From positions 3,040,001-3,104,000 of the forward strand of contig CBDHHL010000032.1 of assembly GCA_965263355.1 (NCBI GenBank): a DNA stretch of 64,000 nucleotides, in the 5' to 3' direction. The notes under the pieces are model-generated. The model made no database searches. It had not been told where the DNA came from and saw only the letters and a list, made by a program, of their open reading frames with translations. This document shows positions 60,223-64,000 of the stretch, one piece after another. The position numbers and the translations under genes were made by a program. This stretch comes from Leptolyngbyaceae cyanobacterium. Its GTDB lineage: Bacteria; Cyanobacteriota; Cyanobacteriia; Phormidesmidales; Phormidesmidaceae. The stretch's first letter is position 1. Each line of letters begins with the position of its first letter.

Positions 60223-60465
60223 AGTGGGTCAGTTTAGAAGTTACTTATATATGTTTCGCCTAAGACTTAATTGTTCTGGAGGCGTAAGGAATTAAACTTT
60301 GTCCACATCCAGAACGGTCGCTTTACCACAGAGAAAATTATAGGTTTCAATTTGGATGTAGTTGATATTTCAAAGCTTCTCCAGATTGACTCAAAGCTCA
60401 AACCTGTAGTTCCATCAGCTAGCTTAGCTGCACGGGACAGCACCTGGATAGATCGATGACTCTAT

Positions 60466-61236
60466 TTACTGAGTTTGATGGACCTGGTCGCAGAATTGCT
60501 GGATGGCTTGGATGGCTTGCGATCGCAAATCCACTAGTGGTTTGGCAAACGGTGGTTGCCAAGCTGATAGCCCCAACAGATCTGATGTCACCAGAATCTG
60601 GCCATCACAGTGAGGGCCTGCACCAATCCCAATAGTAGGAATACCCAAGGTTTGGCTAATGGTTTTGGCCACATCATAAGGAATGTGTTCTAAAACGATG
60701 GCAAACGCCCCTGCACGTTCTAGGGCCAGCGCTTCCTGAAAAATCTGCTCAGCGTCTTCTGGGGTTTTACCCTGTTGACGAAACCCACCAAACTTATGCA
60801 CCGATTGGGGCGTCAGACCCACATGTCCCATTACAGGGATGCCAGTTTGAGTCAGGCGAGTTACCGTTGCTGCCATGGGTGGTTGTCCCCCCTCTAACTT
60901 CACGGCTTGGGCCCCCGTTTCCTTCATCACCTTGCCAGCATTGATTAAAGCTTGCTCAGGACTGACCTGATAGCTTAAAAATGGCAGGTCTACCACCATA
61001 AAAACCTTAGATAGACCACGGCGGACGGCTTTAGCATGATGGATAATTTCATCCAATGTCAGCGGTACTGTATTCTCATAGCCCAGGATAGTCATGGCCA
61101 GCGAATCGCCGACTAAGGCAATATCCACGTTAGCTGCATCTACAAGCTGTGCAGAAACGTAGTCCCAGACCGTTAGTGCCGCTAAGGTACGTCCCTCTTC
61201 TTTTCGGCGGGCTATCTGAGAAACCGTGATGGGCAT
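60466..61236 (-). CDS. panB: 3-methyl-2-oxobutanoate hydroxymethyltransferase
   Basis: [42 protein letters not shown]. Confidence 0.97.
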   Translation of the reverse strand: MPITVSQIARRKEEGRTLAALTVWDYVSAQLVDAANVDIALVGDSLAMTILGYENTVPLTLDEIIHHAKAVRRGLSKVFMVVDLPFLSYQVSPEQALINAGKVMKETGAQAVKLEGGQPPMAATVTRLTQTGIPVMGHVGLTPQSVHKFGGFRQQGKTPEDAEQIFQEALALERAGAFAIVLEHIPYDVAKTISQTLGIPTIGIGAGPHCDGQILVTSDLLGLSAWQPPFAKPLVDLRSQAIQAIQQFCDQVHQTQ

Positions 61237-61396
61237 GGCTGATTACACCGTAGTCATTTTCTGTCGACAAATATTGTGGATGGTTTGACCATCCCTTCTA
61301 CAATTAGGCCACAGCTAAACCATTTTGAGGGTGTACCAAGCGATCTATATTTTCTACTCTTTCCTATCTGTAAGTTATCTATCGACATACTGAAGC

Positions 61397-62431
61397 TTAG
61401 TTAGCAAAGGCATCATGGGTAGAAGCCCGTCCAGTAGAAAGGCTAACCCAGCCTAAGCCTTGAGTAGTTCCGACCCAGAGTTTATCGCTTACATCAGTCG
61501 CTATAGAGAGTACGTGACTGGAAGGAAGATTGGGTACCTGACTCACAATCGCTCCATTGTACGGATTGAGCTTAAATAAACCATTCTCAGTCCCTACCCA
61601 CAGACTTTGGGTTTTATCAAACGCAATATCCGTCACACTTTTGCCGCGCATTTGCGTGACAGAACGGAGCAGTGCTCCAGTATCTGCATCAAAGACAAAT
61701 AATCCTTGGGATGAGCCTACCCACAGCTGCCCTTGGGGTCCTGTGGAAATGGTTTTAACGGAGCCCCCTGGGATGCTAGACACTCGATTTAGAATAAACG
61801 CACTGGCAGTATCTACACGCACTAGACCTGTAAGCGTCCCAACCCAAAGTTGTCCTGTTTTGTCTATGGTGAGCGCATTGGCGCTAATGCCTGGTAAATC
61901 TTGCAGTGTTGTCATTAGCAAACCCCGGTCAGGACTAATCATCGCCAGACCCCGATCCGTACCTGCCCATAAAAAACCACGACCATCAATCACCATATCC
62001 AAAATTCGATTAGACGGGAGACGGAAGTTTTGGGCTGTAATTTGATTGATCCGTGGATCGACCCTAACCAGGCCGTTGTAAGTGCCCAGCCAGATACGGC
62101 CTACCCGATCTTGAGTCATCGCGTCAATAAAACGGTTAGGTACGTTGACCCGAGATTGAATCACTCCTGTGGCTGGATTGATGCGGGCCAGACCTTGGTG
62201 AGACCCCACCCAAAGACTACCAGTATAGTCTGACTGTAGTGCCCCTACCTGTAAATCGGCGGCTAGTGGGTTGGCCTGATAGGGCCGATCTGAAGGCAGC
62301 GGCACCGATCTTGGCGGTGGGTCAGTATAGAGTGGAGTCCGGTTTGATTCTTGAGCACTAACCGGTAGCACGGCGCTCCAAAAAAGTGTTGCCCCTACGG
62401 CTATTTGAATAAGTCGTTTAGCAGAAACCAC
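61397..62431 (-). CDS. Exported beta-propeller protein (two-component-regulator propeller-type repeats)
   Basis: Signal peptide; seven D..G.LW.GT..GL repeats; no kinase domain. Confidence 0.8.
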   Translation of the reverse strand: MVSAKRLIQIAVGATLFWSAVLPVSAQESNRTPLYTDPPPRSVPLPSDRPYQANPLAADLQVGALQSDYTGSLWVGSHQGLARINPATGVIQSRVNVPNRFIDAMTQDRVGRIWLGTYNGLVRVDPRINQITAQNFRLPSNRILDMVIDGRGFLWAGTDRGLAMISPDRGLLMTTLQDLPGISANALTIDKTGQLWVGTLTGLVRVDTASAFILNRVSSIPGGSVKTISTGPQGQLWVGSSQGLFVFDADTGALLRSVTQMRGKSVTDIAFDKTQSLWVGTENGLFKLNPYNGAIVSQVPNLPSSHVLSIATDVSDKLWVGTTQGLGWVSLSTGRASTHDAFAN

Positions 62432-62570
62432 AGTGACGTCTCCAATAGTTCATTAGGTATAGGTCTTAACGTCCTACGCTATTTCTAGCCTACGCTAGCC
62501 AACAGGTAACCTGGTGCTCTTGATAACTTGCCCAAGCATTTATGTCAATCTAAATCAGCCTAAAGCAATC

Positions 62571-62762
62571 ATTAGTAAATCTAAAAACTTTATTAGGAGA
62601 GAAAAAACATTCTCAACAACTGTGGAACATTAAAGTTATACAAACGTTGCCACCAAACAAGTCTGGTCAATCAGTGAATCGCTGCATTCTGTATAGCTAG
62701 ACTCATATTTCAAAAACTTAATGGTACTCCACGTAGATTCATAAATAAAAGTTATGAATCTA
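62571..62762 (+). promoter_or_regulatory. Candidate regulator sites upstream of rbcL
   Basis: ATTAG-taaat-CTAAa at 62571 (near the LysR/RbcR-type ATTAR-N5-YTAAT box) and the perfect inverted repeat tagattcataa-N7-ttatgaatcta at 62734-62762. Confidence 0.45.
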
Positions 62763-63047
62763 TACAGAACTTCCAAAACGCTACTTATCAAATCGCTGAT
62801 AGTATTCTTAAAGAATTAGGTAGTTTTCATTACCTAAAGCAATAAGGAGAACAGTCAATTTGGCTGTCTGGCAGCTTTTGCTGCTCGATACCACTTTGGA
62901 ACTTAGAGCCGCCTTAGGGGCTAAACATTTTTCACGTCCAGAACTGTCGTTTTGTCGTGGAGAAACTGCAGGTTTTTACTTGGATGTGGTTTGGTGGCCT
63001 TCGTCAGGCTGACCCTGTAGGCGTTGCAACAGTTCTAAGCCATCTAG

Positions 63048-64000
<953 letters not shown>

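Noticed and set aside
60271..60459. 62-aa ORF between the ExoD-family gene and panB
   Set aside because: TTG start, no motif and no supporting RBS.

Overview
Chromosomal window from a beta-cyanobacterium. At least 25 HIP1 (GCGATCGC) sites were counted by eye, a form IB rbcL starts at the right edge, and PEP-CTERM, SLH and DUF3352 proteins are present. A filamentous lineage is plausible but is inference. Most of the window is housekeeping: clpB, dxr, rbsK, an lgt-family gene, rbp, infC, htpX, gltB-gltD, bcp, panB, rbcL. Accessory patches lie at about 5.5-9.6 kb and 23-35 kb. Highlights: (1) a TIR + FGE-sulfatase/CLec gene with the hallmarks of a remote diversity-generating-retroelement (DGR) target, whose variable region is frameshifted and holds a 29-nt copy of DNA from 199 nt downstream, beside a REP doublet and an MNT-HEPN pair; (2) a Thr-type sulfatase-like gene, an Lgt with a displaced catalytic His and an NPP-family gene in one cluster; (3) a 6TM+RCK channel without the K+ filter signature; (4) a secreted-protein gene frameshifted inside an 18-bp tandem repeat; (5) a 25-nt motif shared by two distant promoter regions; (6) several REP-type palindromes and a 208-bp tandem duplication. 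No rRNA, tRNA, CRISPR array, reverse transcriptase or transposase was recognised. All family calls come from motif recognition by eye, not from database searches.
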